Positions 24,915-38,579 of a DNA stretch of 64,000 bases are shown here, one piece after another. Positions within the stretch are counted from its first letter, which is position 1. Each line of letters begins with the position of its first letter. The notes under the pieces were generated by a model, which saw only the letters and a list, made by a program, of their open reading frames with translations, ran no database searches and was not told where the DNA came from. A program made the translations under genes and the position numbers. Source of the stretch: Marsupella aquatica (lineage: Eukaryota > Plantae > Marchantiophyta); assembly GCA_973895155.1 (NCBI GenBank), contig OZ316891.1, positions 335,458 to 399,457 on the forward strand, written 5' to 3'.

Positions 24915-27265
24915 ATTGAATGAATTAACAAATTTGGATGGTTTAGAGCTCTCGCTCTGAAACTTTCAATCCCAAACAAAGAATGAAATTAACAAAACAC
25001 AAGAAAAAGATAACCCTTGAGTTATGAGTCAAAAGGAAGAGGAAATCTGTAAAATGATTGGTTGTAACATGCTACTGCCACTCCTTCAGGAAGGACTATG
25101 GACTCACTATAGACAAAATTGAAACTAATAAGTCAAATCCTCTGTTTTCTTCTAGAGTCATAAAGATGAAGAATAGAAGGATTCTCTTGCTCACCAAACC
25201 CACAATACATTTCTGGCAAATTTACTGAGATATATATTAAACAGTTTTTAACTACAATGCCACTAAAGATGTGGCTTATCACAATACTGCCACGGTTTCT
25301 ACAAAAATTATAATACTGCCATGGTTTTCGTATATGGTTATTTGGGTTTAGATGGGTTAACCCTACCTTGACGTGTCTCATGCTTGTTGGGTAAAAACTC
25401 CATCCAGTTGGTAAGAGTTCAGCTTCCCATCAACTCTTTCACTCGACTCACCCCCTGGACTGCGCGCTCAGTCATCGCTCCCGATTGTTCATCCATAGTT
25501 TGAAAGAGTCCAGCGTCCTCGGGCCCGCGTCAATGCTTGGAACTAGCACCCTAGAAGCCTTCTGAATGCCAGCCAGAATGTCGAACGGTTTGGCCAAAAC
25601 TTAGCAAATCGTTAAGTTGGGAAGCTACGCAAAGGACCATGACGAAGCTGCAGCTATTTCCTGGAGCTGCTTGGCAATCGCGCAATGTGAATAGACTTCC
25701 TCACATTTGTGGCCAGATTTTTTCCCTGCAATGAAGGACGACTACTCTGCTACATTGCGCACAAACATAGCTCCGCCCATGTGCTGCTGAATGCTATATT
25801 TAGCAGCGTATTCAATTGTGGAAGGACCAGCCCAAGTTGTTGACGTTGCTGCCGATCGTAGTGACAAGAAGAACTCTGCACCAGTAATCCTCGCACCACG
25901 ATTCAATCGACTTTCAGGTGGGAATACATTTCATTTTCAATGTCATCGATTGCTGCATATCTACGAAAGATATGCCTCGATGAGAAGTCCTTAGAAGTCG
26001 ATGAGTAGTCCTTAGGCTTCAACATTATCACTTGCGGCTTTACTGCCAGCTTTACTGTAATCCAGATGTAGTTTGCTATGAAGAACCAAAAATACATTTA
26101 AAGGTCTTCAAACTCGGTATTCATTCCCGTAAAGAACAAGATGGGTTGGTTTGATAGATTTAAACAAAAATAATAAACTTAAGATGTTTTCCACACATAG
26201 TAATCAAGTTTGATTACTTTACTAAGGTATTTTGAAGATCGCTCCACAGCGGTGAGAAGTTTTCAATGATATCTCAGCATCATGTAACCATAAATTAATG
26301 AAAAGGGAATGATTAACAAAATACACCAAAAATATCTTAAAGTATGCTAAGGGAGTCTGGAATTGACCAAGGTTATTCCTTAGACATAAGTCAAAATGAA
26401 AAGACTTAAGGATTCAAATCCATATTGCTTTTCAGATCTAAAAGTGCTTACTAGAGTACCTGTTAAAATGCCGTAAACATGTCTTATCCTTTCTTTCTAA
26501 GTGGTACTCAGATAAAATCTAAAAGGTAGCTACTTCAACATTTAGATGGTACTAAGCAACATGAAAGAAAATCCATCAAATTCATTAAGACATAAACTCA
26601 ATGAGTTAACTTTAAGAACTTAGGAATTTGTAATGAGTCACCAAGGAGGAATCTATCATCACAAGATCCAAAGATTTCTTACAAATGCAATTTTACTTCT
26701 TGTGTTTATGATAAGTGTAGAAACACAAGAAGGAGGTAAGTCTCTCCTATTATTAAGTCTGATTTAAAACTCATAGGTTCAGAATCAATAGACTTAACAA
26801 GAGGGAGAGGCAAAAATGCACAACTTAACCATAAACTACACTAGTGGTGGAGGGGTCTTATAGTAAAAATCTACAGAGTGAGAGGTCATAAGGTCGAAGA
26901 GACATGCCTCTTCATACTCCTCAAAAAGTCAAAGTGGCGATTCAGTAAGTGAAAAGCCGGAAATCTGGCTAAGTGTAAACTCGTAAACTAGTAAAAGCTG
27001 TGAACTAGTAAACTCTTAAACTTGTAAAAGTCTAACTAAGTCGTAACTCGTAATTGCGGTACAACTAAAAACTTAGTAAATTCACCTATTTTTAACTTTC
27101 TACTCCTAGCTCAAAAAAGCCTCAAATTTTGCCAGAAGGCTTTCCTAGGTACAGACTACGTACTAAAAAAGGTTTCATGACTTTTAAAACTCTAGAGCAC
27201 ATTTCTAAAAATCGGACAAGATGTACTACTCTAAAACTTAACTAAAAACACTTAGGAGTTCTGCC

Positions 27266-29692
27266 TTAGTCTCGGTGTCGAATGTCGTTGATTTCGAGAA
27301 GCTCCACAAAAACAACGGTGCCTGATTGGACAACCTCCATGAGCTCAGCCTGTCGTGGTGAACCTCGAGAATAGGGCAAACATCTCAGTTGCCTATCTGG
27401 ATACATCACAGGCATTCTCCTCATCAAATAACAAGAATCTATTCGAAGTGCCTCCCGATAAATTCCAATCACATCATAGTGATTGCAGGTAGCAGCATGA
27501 ACCTGGGAATAATAGGCCATGAAATCCTCAGTTCTCATCATCTTCGAGTAGAAAGGTCGAAGTCTCCAGCAAACATCCTTAAAGTACCGGTTGAACTTGC
27601 CCAGAGTGTGAGTGGTGACATTATCCCAGATTCTCTGCTTATCAGCCAATGTGCTGGTTGAAACCAGCATAACCTTAGGTTCCTTAGGGATGTAGTTGTT
27701 CTGCCAAGAAGTTGATTTCTTACTCTGCATGAGAAAAGTAAGCACGAAGTCCAGAACATAAGCTGCAAAATTCCCAAAGTAGGCCAGGACTAGGTCGGGA
27801 TCCTCCACTTCTACATCACCTTGCAGCATCATCATTGCCAGAATAGGTCAGAAGTAGACAGAGTTAGTCCAGTGCTCATCAAACTGGGCCATTTCCAATC
27901 GAGAAGTCCCATGGTACTTCAGGTCAAAAATGTAGCTCGCCTCAGTTTTCTTTAAGTAATAGTATCTCCAGAATTCTCCAACTGGTGGCATGTTGGCATG
28001 CATAACCTTACAGGTATCTACATGCTTCTGTACTTGAGCTTGGGGAAGCCTGGGATACTTCTTCTCAATAGTAGCATTCATGGGAGTCTAAGTAGAGGAC
28101 GTAACCACTGCTACTAGGTTTGGGTTTGACCTCACAGCTGTATCAACATCTTCAAACCCCTGCCTTGGTGATGACTCAAGGGAATTGTCATAAGATCTAT
28201 AAGTGTCATTATTCGAAGGTGGGTCAGAGTCATCAGAGAGATCCCGTCTAACATAAGGATCTTCAGAGCAACCCCAAGTGAATATGGGTCCATCAGTGGG
28301 TTCATAGTTGGAATCAGGACTGTATGAGTAAGGATCTGAATGATGGGGAATTTTAACAACTGGAGATTTCTGAGTTAAGTGGCTAACAACGGACATAATC
28401 TCCTGTGGCTCACACTGTAGCATGTCCAGTAAGTCGTTTACAATGGCAGCATAATTTACATCCTCTGTCACAGGAACAGGTTCACTTGTCTCTACAGGCA
28501 GGTTTGGTGGTGCAACAGGACTGAGAGCAACAAATTCTTCTAAGGCTGATCCCACAATAGGAGAGGTGGTCCTGACAGGAGTTAATTGATCTGGAAATGG
28601 GGATGATAAGCTGACTACCTCTGATCTTAAATTACAGACAACATCATAGAGTTCCACATCATCACAACCAAAAAGAGCAATTAACTTATCAATAAGTTGC
28701 TGGTTGAACTTTGCCTTTGAAGAAGTAGTCGAATCAACCCCCAGGAGGACAGCAGTGGTTGGGTTAGCAACAGTTTCGTGTTGTTCATAGCTGTCCTCAG
28801 CTTTTCCAGCTCCAGGTTGATTTTCCACGTTGACTTCTCTTGAATACATCAAGTTAACCAGAGGATGTCGAACCAACTCCATATTGTGAGCAAGTGAAAC
28901 TTCAAGTTCACCCACAGAGGCATTTTCCAAATCCATATCAACATCCACATTCTGATCATTAGAATCCAGGGGAATAGCATCCACTGGTTCTTCTACACCA
29001 ATTTCTTCTTCAATGCCTAGTTTGATCAGGAGTAATCCTCTTTCTGTTCTCTCCTCTGGATGTAAACAGTCATAAGCCTGATAGAGCTGAGACAGATATA
29101 CCTGCAGATAGGTAGGTCTACCTGCCTTCATACTCCTCACCTGATCCTTCATCACATTGAAGATTAACAAGGCCCAATTCACCTGGATGGCTCCACTGTG
29201 TGCAGCTACAATTGTGTTCACCAAAGCCATTGGGCAAATGGTTGGCTTTTTCGGGTGTAAAATTGGCACTAGAAATTCCAGAAGTACTCTCAAATCTGGA
29301 TAAGTACATTGTGTTAGATTCCAGCCATTTGTGAGATTGCGAATCCCAGAGAAGTAGGGAGTAGACAAATCTTTCTTCTTTGAATACAATCCTTCTCCTT
29401 CTGAAGGGCAGCGGAAGGCACGAGCAATTTGCTCCACAGTCCATAGACTTGGTCAAGCTCGAATAGTCTGTCAAAATTCAGGAGCAAGCAATGACCCCTT
29501 CACAAAATCCTGCAAGTATGAGTCGATTTCTACGTCCCAAGGAACGACAAGTAGATGCCCTAGCCCTAGCTGCTGTAATGAAGTCTGTAAGTTCGCATAA
29601 CTATCGGGCACTTGTGGAATTCGAGCGGCTACGCTCTTAGGAATTGCCAATGCGTCAACTCGGTACTGCTCATCAGCTCCCAGGCCAGCCAT
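27266..29692 (-). pseudogene. MULE accessory gene of about 809 codons with three in-frame stops; N-terminal plant-transposon-protein-like domain
   Basis: ORFs 29471-29692, 28088-29437, 27848-28081 and 27266-27835 share one frame; motif LRVLLEFLVPILHPKKPT...VNWALLI. Confidence 0.7.
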
Positions 29693-30381
29693 AGCTCAAA
29701 TTGTTTCTTGTAGTAGCGCAAAGAAATGGGGAGGCCGAGAGAATCAATGGAGGAGGCAGGGATTTAGTCAGGAGTGAGCGCCCGAGGCCTATATTGCCTT
29801 CACTTCAATGCATGCTTGCCATTCCATTGCTAAGTCCCGTTGAATGTAGCCGTAAGACGTTGCGATCCTCGGTCGCCAACTCGTAAGGCAAAAACTCGTA
29901 AAGCCCTAACTAGTAAACTCGTAACTAGCAAACAGTCATAAACTCATAAACTCGTAAACCAGGTTACTATTAACTAGTAACTCGTAAACTCGTAAACAGG
30001 AGTTTACTCGTAACTTAGACTTGGGAACCCGTAACTTGTAGACAGAATGCTATCTCCGCTATGTTAGCAATAATTATAGTTTAAACACCATAGAAAATTT
30101 AAAAATTTTCAGTTTCTTCCTACTTTTGGAATTACCCACCACTTACACCAGACAGCAGAGAGGCTCCATTGATCGAGTAGGAGAGACACTCTCTTTACAT
30201 TTTTCTACTAGACATTTATGAGACTGCCTTGTAATGTGTTTTGAAGCAAAGTTCAATCTTCCATTGACATCTCGACCACGACATTCTGGTTGGCTTTCAC
30301 GAGTGAGACTTGATCACCTTTATGTCTGTATTTGTATGCAGAGTTTAAGCCCATTTAAGGTGTGCATGAATAATTGGAGCC

Positions 30382-31960
30382 ATGGTTCAAGCGAGTCTGA
30401 AGAAAGGTGACACATTTGGGAGCTGGCAAGATGTCAGGAGGGCAATTGTCAGACACGGGGTGGCAACTGAGCGGGTAATCACAACATCTAAAAAGGATAC
30501 TTTGCGTTTTATTGGAAAATGCAAAATGTGATGGCATGAAATCCCTGTCCAGAAAGATTTGTGGTGTATTCGAGTCATTATGAGCTCCAAGACGGAAACC
30601 ATTACCGTCACACAGCTCAATAATCACCACAGTTGCTGTGCAGCAGACCATTATACCAGGCGAATGCATAATTCTTCTGATTACCTGGCTACACTGATTT
30701 TTGACATCATAATCAAAAACAGACAAACCAGAGCTTGTTCTTTGAGAGACACTGCCCAAGCTATTTGGCATCCAGATGTTAAATATCACACAGCACATTC
30801 AGCCAAGAAAAGGGCTCTGGTACGCCTAAACGGTGATGAGAAGGAGTCTTTCCATCTCATTCCTAGTCACTGTCAGCACATTTTACAAAGAGATCCAGGT
30901 GTTGTGGCAAACTATAGTGCACCTGATGGATCCTTTCAAACTTTATTTGTGTGTCCTAATGCTTCTCGACAGGCTTATCCACATTGCAGGCCACTCATTG
31001 CACTAGACGGCACACACACAAAATCTACATATCCCCAGATGTTATTGGTAGCCACTGTGCTGGATGCTAACAACACTGTTATGATTTTGGCATACTGCAT
31101 GGTTCCGTCAGAGAATGAAGAGTTCTGGATGAGATTTTTGAAGGCCTTGCATGATGCAATCCCAGAGTTGTCTCGTAGTAGTACAATTTTTATTTCAGAT
31201 AGAGAAAAGGGACTGCAAAATGCTATGGAAGAGGTTTTTCCATTGGCCTTCCATGCTTTTTGCACTTGGCACATGGGAAAAAATTTACAAGCTCATTCAA
31301 ACAAGGCAGCATGGAAGGCTTTCGATGGGCTGGTATATGCTGCTAATGTACTTGCGGCGGTTAGACCGCATTGAGAATGAGTACCCATCAACATTTGATT
31401 ACATTGTGAAAATGGCTGATCCATCTCATTATTCGAGAGCTTTCATGCCGTACCCCAGGTGATACACCATACCATTGCTATTGTATTTTTTTGTGTGGTG
31501 AAGTTATTGCCAAGATTTGTTTACTCTTCATCTCCTAAGCTGCAGCTTCATTGTGCTTATCAGGTGGGGCCATGAGACATCCCAGCAAGCAGAGAGCACT
31601 AATCGAGCACTGAAGGCTGAACGGCAGGAAGTTGCATTCAAACAATTGAATCTGATTTGGGATTACATGATGAAGCACTACTATGAGAAGAGGGTGCTTG
31701 CAGAGTCCTTAACTACACCATTTCCTCCCAACATCATGGCAATATTAAGGGACCGACATGAGGAAGCTCTTCAACTTGTTGCAGATCCATCCAGCCCAAC
31801 GGAAGTCAGAATTACCGATTCGACTGGCAGGGGCTTCTTGGTGAGTTTGGAGCCATTGAAGGAATGTTCTTGTGGTGATTGGCATGATGTCGGTATTCCT
31901 TGCATTCATGCATGGAGAGCTATTACTCGATTGCATCTTCGTTGCGGAAAAATCCAAAGA
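30382..31960 (+). pseudogene. MuDR/MULE transposase (N-terminal DNA-binding domain, DDE core, SWIM zinc finger), disrupted
   Basis: GDTFGSWQDVRRAI; LIALDGTH...ENEEFW...FISDREKGL...HAFCTWH; SWIM motif CSCGDWHDVGIPCIHA. Stop near 30529, frameshift near 31350, intron about 31459-31563. Confidence 0.88.
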
Positions 31961-32662
31961 AAACAATGTGATGACATCGACCACAACACCTGTAGTAGGT
32001 TTACATTGAGCAGAGGTTGATCAAGGCGTAAACACTGCAAACGCCCGAGCCCGCACCGCACAACACCGTTGCTTTGATCTCCCAATGTCACATTCGAGAC
32101 GAATGCCCGCACCGCGCATGCCCGTGCCTGCACCGTTGCTTCTCCCAATCTCACCTTTGACACCCTACCAAGCTCACCTTCAACTGCATGACACAAAGCT
32201 TTCTTGCAAAAGAGTGTTGCTTCCCGTTTTTGGAGAGTCAACACAGTAACTGACTAGCATGGTTACAAAGCTCAGTAAGGGGACGGAAAGTTCAAATAGA
32301 ATGCACCAGGATATGACATGTGTCCCCACAGGATGGAGGCTGACCCATGGTTAACCTTGGTCTCAATGAGGTTACGTGAATACAAAAACCGTGGCAGTAT
32401 TGTAATTTCTGTAAAAACCATGGCAGTATTGCAATAAGCCACATCTTTAGTGGCAAGGTAGTTAAAAGCTGATATATTAAAATGCCGTCAACATGGTTTG
32501 ATTGTCAGTGAAACGCAATTCAAATCAAACTCTAATATATATGCCAAAGTAAAGTTGCGATACTAGATACTCTGAGGATAGAATTTTGCTCCTTCAATTC
32601 CAACATCTATTCTTGAATTAGCTAATGAATCTTGACATAGAAAGCAAGCTTAGCAGTGAATT

Positions 32663-33129
32663 TGTCATGCGCATACACATTGCTACACAACATACATATA
32701 TCGCTTGTCACATACATCTAGACATAGTCACACTGCCACATCACAAACACAAGAGAATGGAATACAAGTGGAACTCATGTCCACACATGTCCAAAACCCA
32801 CAATAATCTTCACAAAAATTGGAACAACAATCAACGCCAACAATATGCACTCAATCCCGTCTGATCCGATCACACACATATGTCGAGCCAACGCACCTTG
32901 CACTCAAGGAATCCATGCTACATAGAGAGAGCTTTCAACCACCATAGCCACCACACAAGCTCTCCTCTCCAAGGCTCAACATTGAAAGATAACCTTTCAA
33001 TGCCTCACAAGAGAGAACTACCCTCTCACACAAACCTAACAAAACCTTATCAGCTCATATAGCACACATACCAAACATACGGATCTAGATAGTATGATAC
33101 ACTCTAACACTACCTAGAATGGTGTGACA
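32663..33129. mobile_element. Solo LTR (TGTCA...TGACA), copy 2
   Basis: Inverted termini TGTCA/TGACA; AATT on both flanks (possible 4-bp TSD); similar to 11226-11687. Confidence 0.8.
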
Positions 33130-33420
33130 AATTCGATAAGAATCTCAAGAGGGTGTGATTAAAAATTCAGTCATGAGAAGAAATCTCCTGAATTCATTCA
33201 CAATTGATAACACATGCTTTACTTCCATACAAGACATTCTTGTTAAATGGAAGGTGGAAAAACTATTCATAACTTCTCTTTGTAAATAAAGTTTGTCCCC
33301 AAAATGATGGATAAACTGAGGTAGATCTTATAGGTGTAAACTTCTAATCGAAAGAAGACTGAAGGGTTATAACTTTTCAAATCTCAATATCTAAAAGGGT
33401 AGTCTGGTGAAAAAGGTAGT

Positions 33421-34165
33421 GGACGTTTCACGAAGCGTCAATGTTTGAGGCAGACGCTTTGCAAAGCGTCAGAGTTCTCAGTAAAACTAACAAATAGTGA
33501 TCTTATCGGAATTTTAACTTCTAAACAAAAAGTTAGAATGAGGTGAAACTTTTTTAGGGTACTTTACTAAGTATAGTCTCTATGCTGGCAAAGTTTCAGA
33601 CTTTTCTGAGACTTCTAAGTGCTTCAAATAAGTCAGTAAAAGTGTCAAAAGGTTATAAAAAATTGGAAAACCAAAAACTTTTCTAAGTGTCCGGATTTGG
33701 TGGACGCTTCACGAAGCGTCCAAAAATACAAAGGAACTTTGGTGGACGCATTAGAAAGCGTCTGGGATTTGATGTCTTTGGCAGCGCCTTTTCCGGCCTT
33801 CGGGTGGACGCTTTGTAAGGCGTCGGGGCCTGTGGCAGACGCTCCTGTAAGTGTCACGCCTTCCTGTCTTCGAACACGGATGGACGCTCCTGAAGGCGTC
33901 GCTCTCATGTGGACGCTTCAGAAAGCATCGTGGTCTTGGGTGGACGCTTCAGTAGCGTCAATATTGATGTCCCGTTCGGAATAGGGGACGCCTCAAGGCG
34001 TCGAGGTCTGGAAAGACTTAATAACGGACTCTTTTAAAAGCATCAGGTTTTCTGAGTACTTAAGAGGACGCTTAGAAGGCATCGGGTCATTTTGGGTCCT
34101 CATATGGACGCTTTGTGAAGCATCATATTTTGTTGGCGTCAAATATGGACGCTTCCGATAGCGTC
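33421..34165. repeat. Array of about 14 short palindromes GACGCT-N(3-6)-AGCGTC with variable spacers (DNA-transposon subterminal type)
   Basis: For example GGACGCTTCACGAAGCGTCC (33702), GGACGCATTAGAAAGCGTC (33744), GGACGCTTCCGATAGCGTC (34147). Confidence 0.8.
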
Positions 34166-35869
34166 AGTGCTTTCCTTCACTTTAGAGTGGGGACTTAGCA
34201 GTGTTCACTCTAAATTTATCCAAGTTATTAAAAATATTTTAAATGAAAATAATATCACTACTTATAAATCATATTAGTTTTATTCAAATCACTTTAAATT
34301 TTAATGAATTTTAATGTTTTGTATATAAAATTAGTTTTATGTTCATTACCTTTGTCAAATCAAGATATGAATAAAAACAATTAAAAGGTTAATCATAATT
34401 ATTTTGTGATTTTATAACATACATAAGTTTATAATATAATTACAAATAAGTGTATAATTAAAATTCAGGATTGATGAAGATAAAAATAAATATAAACATG
34501 AATATAAATTAAGAGGACCAGTCTATTAACAATAAAATTATCACTTCATTATATTAAAGATCATAATATTCATATATTTATCATAAATAAATATATTATT
34601 GTCTTTTATAAAAAATAAAATTATTATTATGTCATAATTATATTTAGTCTGTAACTATATATAAATGATGATATACGTAATTTTAATTATAAAAAATTAT
34701 GAATTTTAATTATAAGAAATATGGATAATTGTTCATAAAGATTTGGAAAAAAATATTTCGATAGAAAGATTATCTTTAGGAAGATTTTACAATATGAATA
34801 ATGGTGAAAGAAAATGCATAAAAAACATGAGAAATTTTGTAAAAATATTTGACTTATGTCAATGCATATCACTGATCAAATTGTATCCTTGTCAACTCTC
34901 GAAAAAGCTCTTTCCACTGTCCATGTCATTGACAGGATATTTTCACCCTGTCCAGAAGTTCTCTCTATCTTCCACGAGGATTTGTCGTCGTGATCTAGTC
35001 ATTCTCAATCTTTCAATGAACATTTTTTCCCTGACTGAGAGATCATGATGTTTTTTATTTTGGTTACAAAGTTGTGAATAAAGATGTACATGTTGCGTGT
35101 TCATCAATTTTCTTGATGATGTGAGGCTAGAGATATGACTAGTACATTTTTGGTGGTTTTTCGATAATCCCTTTGAGCCAAACTTTCTTCGTCTGATGCC
35201 GTCAACTTCAGAAAATATCCGATGTGTTTCAGCAACATATTGCCCAATCCTGTTCCCATCGAACTTTACCATCTTGATGTAAAATGCATCGCATCAACTA
35301 TCCCATGTTATTCGTATAAAAAATGATCCAACACTAAACATATCGGAATATGTGTTGCCTTGATTGTATAATTTGTCCGAACCTTAATGCAATCGAACAT
35401 GTTTTGCGTTTATAATTGTATCGGACCAAGACCAATAGAGCATACATCGGATAAATGAGTCCATTGTTTGTAGTATTGCATATGATTGAGTGTACTAGGG
35501 GTTTATATCAGACATTGTTCGTCGTACATAGGATCAGACACCTCGTCTTCAAAGGAGGAAAAGGGGTCCATTATAGAGAGGATCAAAATGTATATCCAAT
35601 GTGTTTGACATGGAATGGTCCGTAGTTGGGAGTCTAAAAAATGTTGGTTTTTTTTCAGTAGGAGGTTTGATGCAAATCCGATGGTTTTTTCATGGGATAG
35701 TCAATGGGACATAAGGTTGGGGGATTCTTAAGAAGGGTATAATCATAAGGTAGGAACACTTAATATATAACCAATAGACTTTGGGCATGTGCATACCATG
35801 ACAATTAAAGAAGCAATGATCTAGAGTCAGCAACGCCGGAGCTAAGTGTTAAGGTAGTCTAGTTTCTCG

Positions 35870-36640
35870 ACTTTGTCAAAAAACCAGAACTCAACTTCCA
35901 CTCGTCACGTCACACTTGCTTCGCAAACGTGAGCAAACCAGGTACCGAAATGACCAGCTTTGCCCAATCTACAATTTGAGCTATAGCATGCAACGCCTCA
36001 CGCACCGCATAGCTCACACCGTCGAGAAAATGATCTTAGGTCCCTCTCACAAAAACCGTTGAACACGAACCCAAACATGAAAAAATCCAGAATGATGCAA
36101 ACTCTGATTCCTCCACACCATGAACTTCATTCAGGGATTTCTTTGCATCATCAGAAAGCCCTTGCCCCGATCTATTCATTGAGCCCAACACCTCCAAGTT
36201 ACACGCGATGGAGGTGAAATCCATCGACACTTATCGCTTGAAAAAAAACCGTCACGAACACGTCACAAAAAATCCTATCGTCACCTCCCAGGCTTGCTCT
36301 GATACCAATTGTTGAACAATGACGTCCTCTCAACAATAAGATCATGACTCATTCCCATGCACACATAGTCGACACAATGAATTACATGGTTCACCCCTTC
36401 GGTGAGGCTACATCCACACGAACATGAAAGCTTTTACTTAAGAGTAGTCTCCACACACGAGCTCTCTCACTCTCTCAAGTCGCTTCGTTACAATGAGCAT
36501 GCATACCGTACCAGTGGCTTACACTAGCCTTGGTATATGCAAGGTCACTTACAACTAACCTAACCTCAGCTAAGTCCCTAATTGTGGTTAGTTGAATTGT
36601 CGTAACCTATGAGTGACAAGACTAAGAGCAATACTTAACA
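35870..36640 (-). mobile_element. 5-prime fragment of an LTR retrotransposon: LTR 36310-36640 plus tRNA-iMet PBS
   Basis: GCTCTGATACCA at 36296-36307 reads TGGTATCAGAGC on the minus strand. Minus-strand LTR termini are TGTTAAG...TTCAACA. Confidence 0.75.
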
Positions 36641-38579
36641 GTTACCACCCTCGGCAAGGGTGCGCTGGACTGCACATCTTCAGGTAGAACATGATGTGCC
36701 ATTCAGGGGATTAACCGCCAGCTGCTGTGGTATCAAGGATTCAAGAAACATATCGGGGTTGTCATTCAGGTTTTGAATATCAAACTCCAAACATGAAATT
36801 GAATCTGTGCTAGATGTATATTTGATCAGTGACTTAGATGCAGTTCCACTCGGGTTTGTAGCAGTCGTTCACTTGCCATTACTAACATCCCAAGGCTGAA
36901 TGAAGGCGCAAGCTCTCTGGCGATCTCTGCTTCATCATTCACGGGGAAAGCATGTGATCAGTGGGCTGAAGCCTCGTTTTGGGTCTATAACGATTCAAGA
37001 TGGTCCTACAAGGGAAGAGATGAACGAGTGTCAAGCGACCCCGAGCAGTCTACAACTGAAGCGGCCCGAATGCCCCTCATCTTCATTGAGGGAGTACTGA
37101 ACAAAACCGAATGCAAGAAAACAGTCAAAAACACCTTGGAATGTTTTCGGAGGCATGATTGAGCGACTTTGTCCTTAACTCCACTAGATCTTATTGCTAC
37201 ACAACGGCAACTTATTGCTACACAACAGCAATGTAGGTCAGAATGGGAGTACCACAAGAAAAACCTTCAGTAGTCATGTTCGGCATCAAATCAACAGATT
37301 CCAAATAGAGCGGTAAATGTTCATTAAAATGACTGACATAAGCATATAATAAAACAAGTATGGCACGCATTCAAAACAATGATTGGCATACATCCAAAGC
37401 AATTGATATGGAAAGAGAAATAAAAACCAGGGCACTCAAAAGCTGAGTTGCGCGTAGTGCTAGCAAATAAGGTTGTGGGGCTTAGTAAGGACACTACTGT
37501 GGGTAGACTGGGTGTCCGTAGGCAGAGCTGCAAGTGCTCTCTTTGGCGAGATGGAAGCTTTTGCTAGAACAAGGGCCCATTGGGGGACTGGAGGTGCTGC
37601 AAATGTTGAGTGGAGTTGGACAAAAAGATCGTGAATTTGTGGAGGCGCTTTGGGGCTGCTAAGCTGAGCTTGAATGAGTGCTAATTCGGGTTTGGAGGTG
37701 TGGGGCGTGAGCTGGTGAATCCTTTTGTATTAGCTGGTGACATGTGCTGTGAAGGAAACCGATGGACTTCTGCTGCTGCTGCATTGATTTTACCTTGATG
37801 GGTTGAAGCTTTCTCATTGTTGCTTGTGGCTCTCACAAGATTTAATGCTAATTGGAAAGTCATCTTTTAGGTTGACAATGTGGACTCTAGTCAGGGATGC
37901 CCTTGTCTGAGAGGTGCTTTCTATTCCCTGGTTAGAAATATATTAAGATTTAGGATTAGGATATTCCTGCCTTGATCGTAGGTGCTTTGTTCCTTTGGCT
38001 GGGGCTCGGTTGTCTTTGGGTATGCCTGGATGGGTCCCCTGGGCTCCTTTGCCTACGACCTCAGTGTGTCACTTACCTATGACATAGATGAAGTAGGCTT
38101 TTTGCCTTCCCCCTCACTTTGGGGCTGACTCGAAGTTAGTTTCAGGTTTTTGCCTGGCCATGATTTCACTTGACTTTGTCTTCGCTTGGCTTTGGTGCTG
38201 GCCACCTGGCTTTCTTTCTCCTTTGGGGCTTTGTGGGCTTTGCCCTGGCCTGTTTGGTCCTCCTTTCCCGCGGGGTTTCGCGGGTTTTATTGAAAAAAAA
38301 GGGGGGAAAAAAAGCAAAAAAAGCTGAGTTGCGCTCCAACTGTCAACTCACAGCCGAACCCACATTCACCGCAGCCGGTCATCCTGAGCCCAGACAAAAC
38401 ACCCGAATCTACTCAAGCTCTCGATGAACACGGAATGAGAGGCACGAAGAAGAATGACTAGAATGCGAGAGAAAGCTCATCCCGGCCGAGACGGAAATGG
38501 CTCCTGCACAGACGACAAACTTCCAGCCTGACGGCGTTTCCAGAAAGTGAAATGGGAAGTGGCCACATCCTGCTGCTCT

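Larger units (their letters stand above)
25242..32471. mobile_element. Mutator-like DNA transposon (MULE), 7230 bp, TIRs of about 90 bp, 10-bp TSD ATATATTAAA
   Basis: The left end CAGTTTTTAACTACAATGCCACTAAAGATGTGGCTTAT is the inverted match of the right end ATAAGCCACATCTTTAGTGGCAAGGTAGTTAAAAGCTG. ATATATTAAA is at 25232-25241 and 32472-32481. An internal MuDR transposase is present. Confidence 0.92.

Noticed and set aside
33421-34165. CRISPR array
   Set aside because: Repeats are short and degenerate with variable loops, spacing is irregular, there are no cas genes and the context is eukaryotic.
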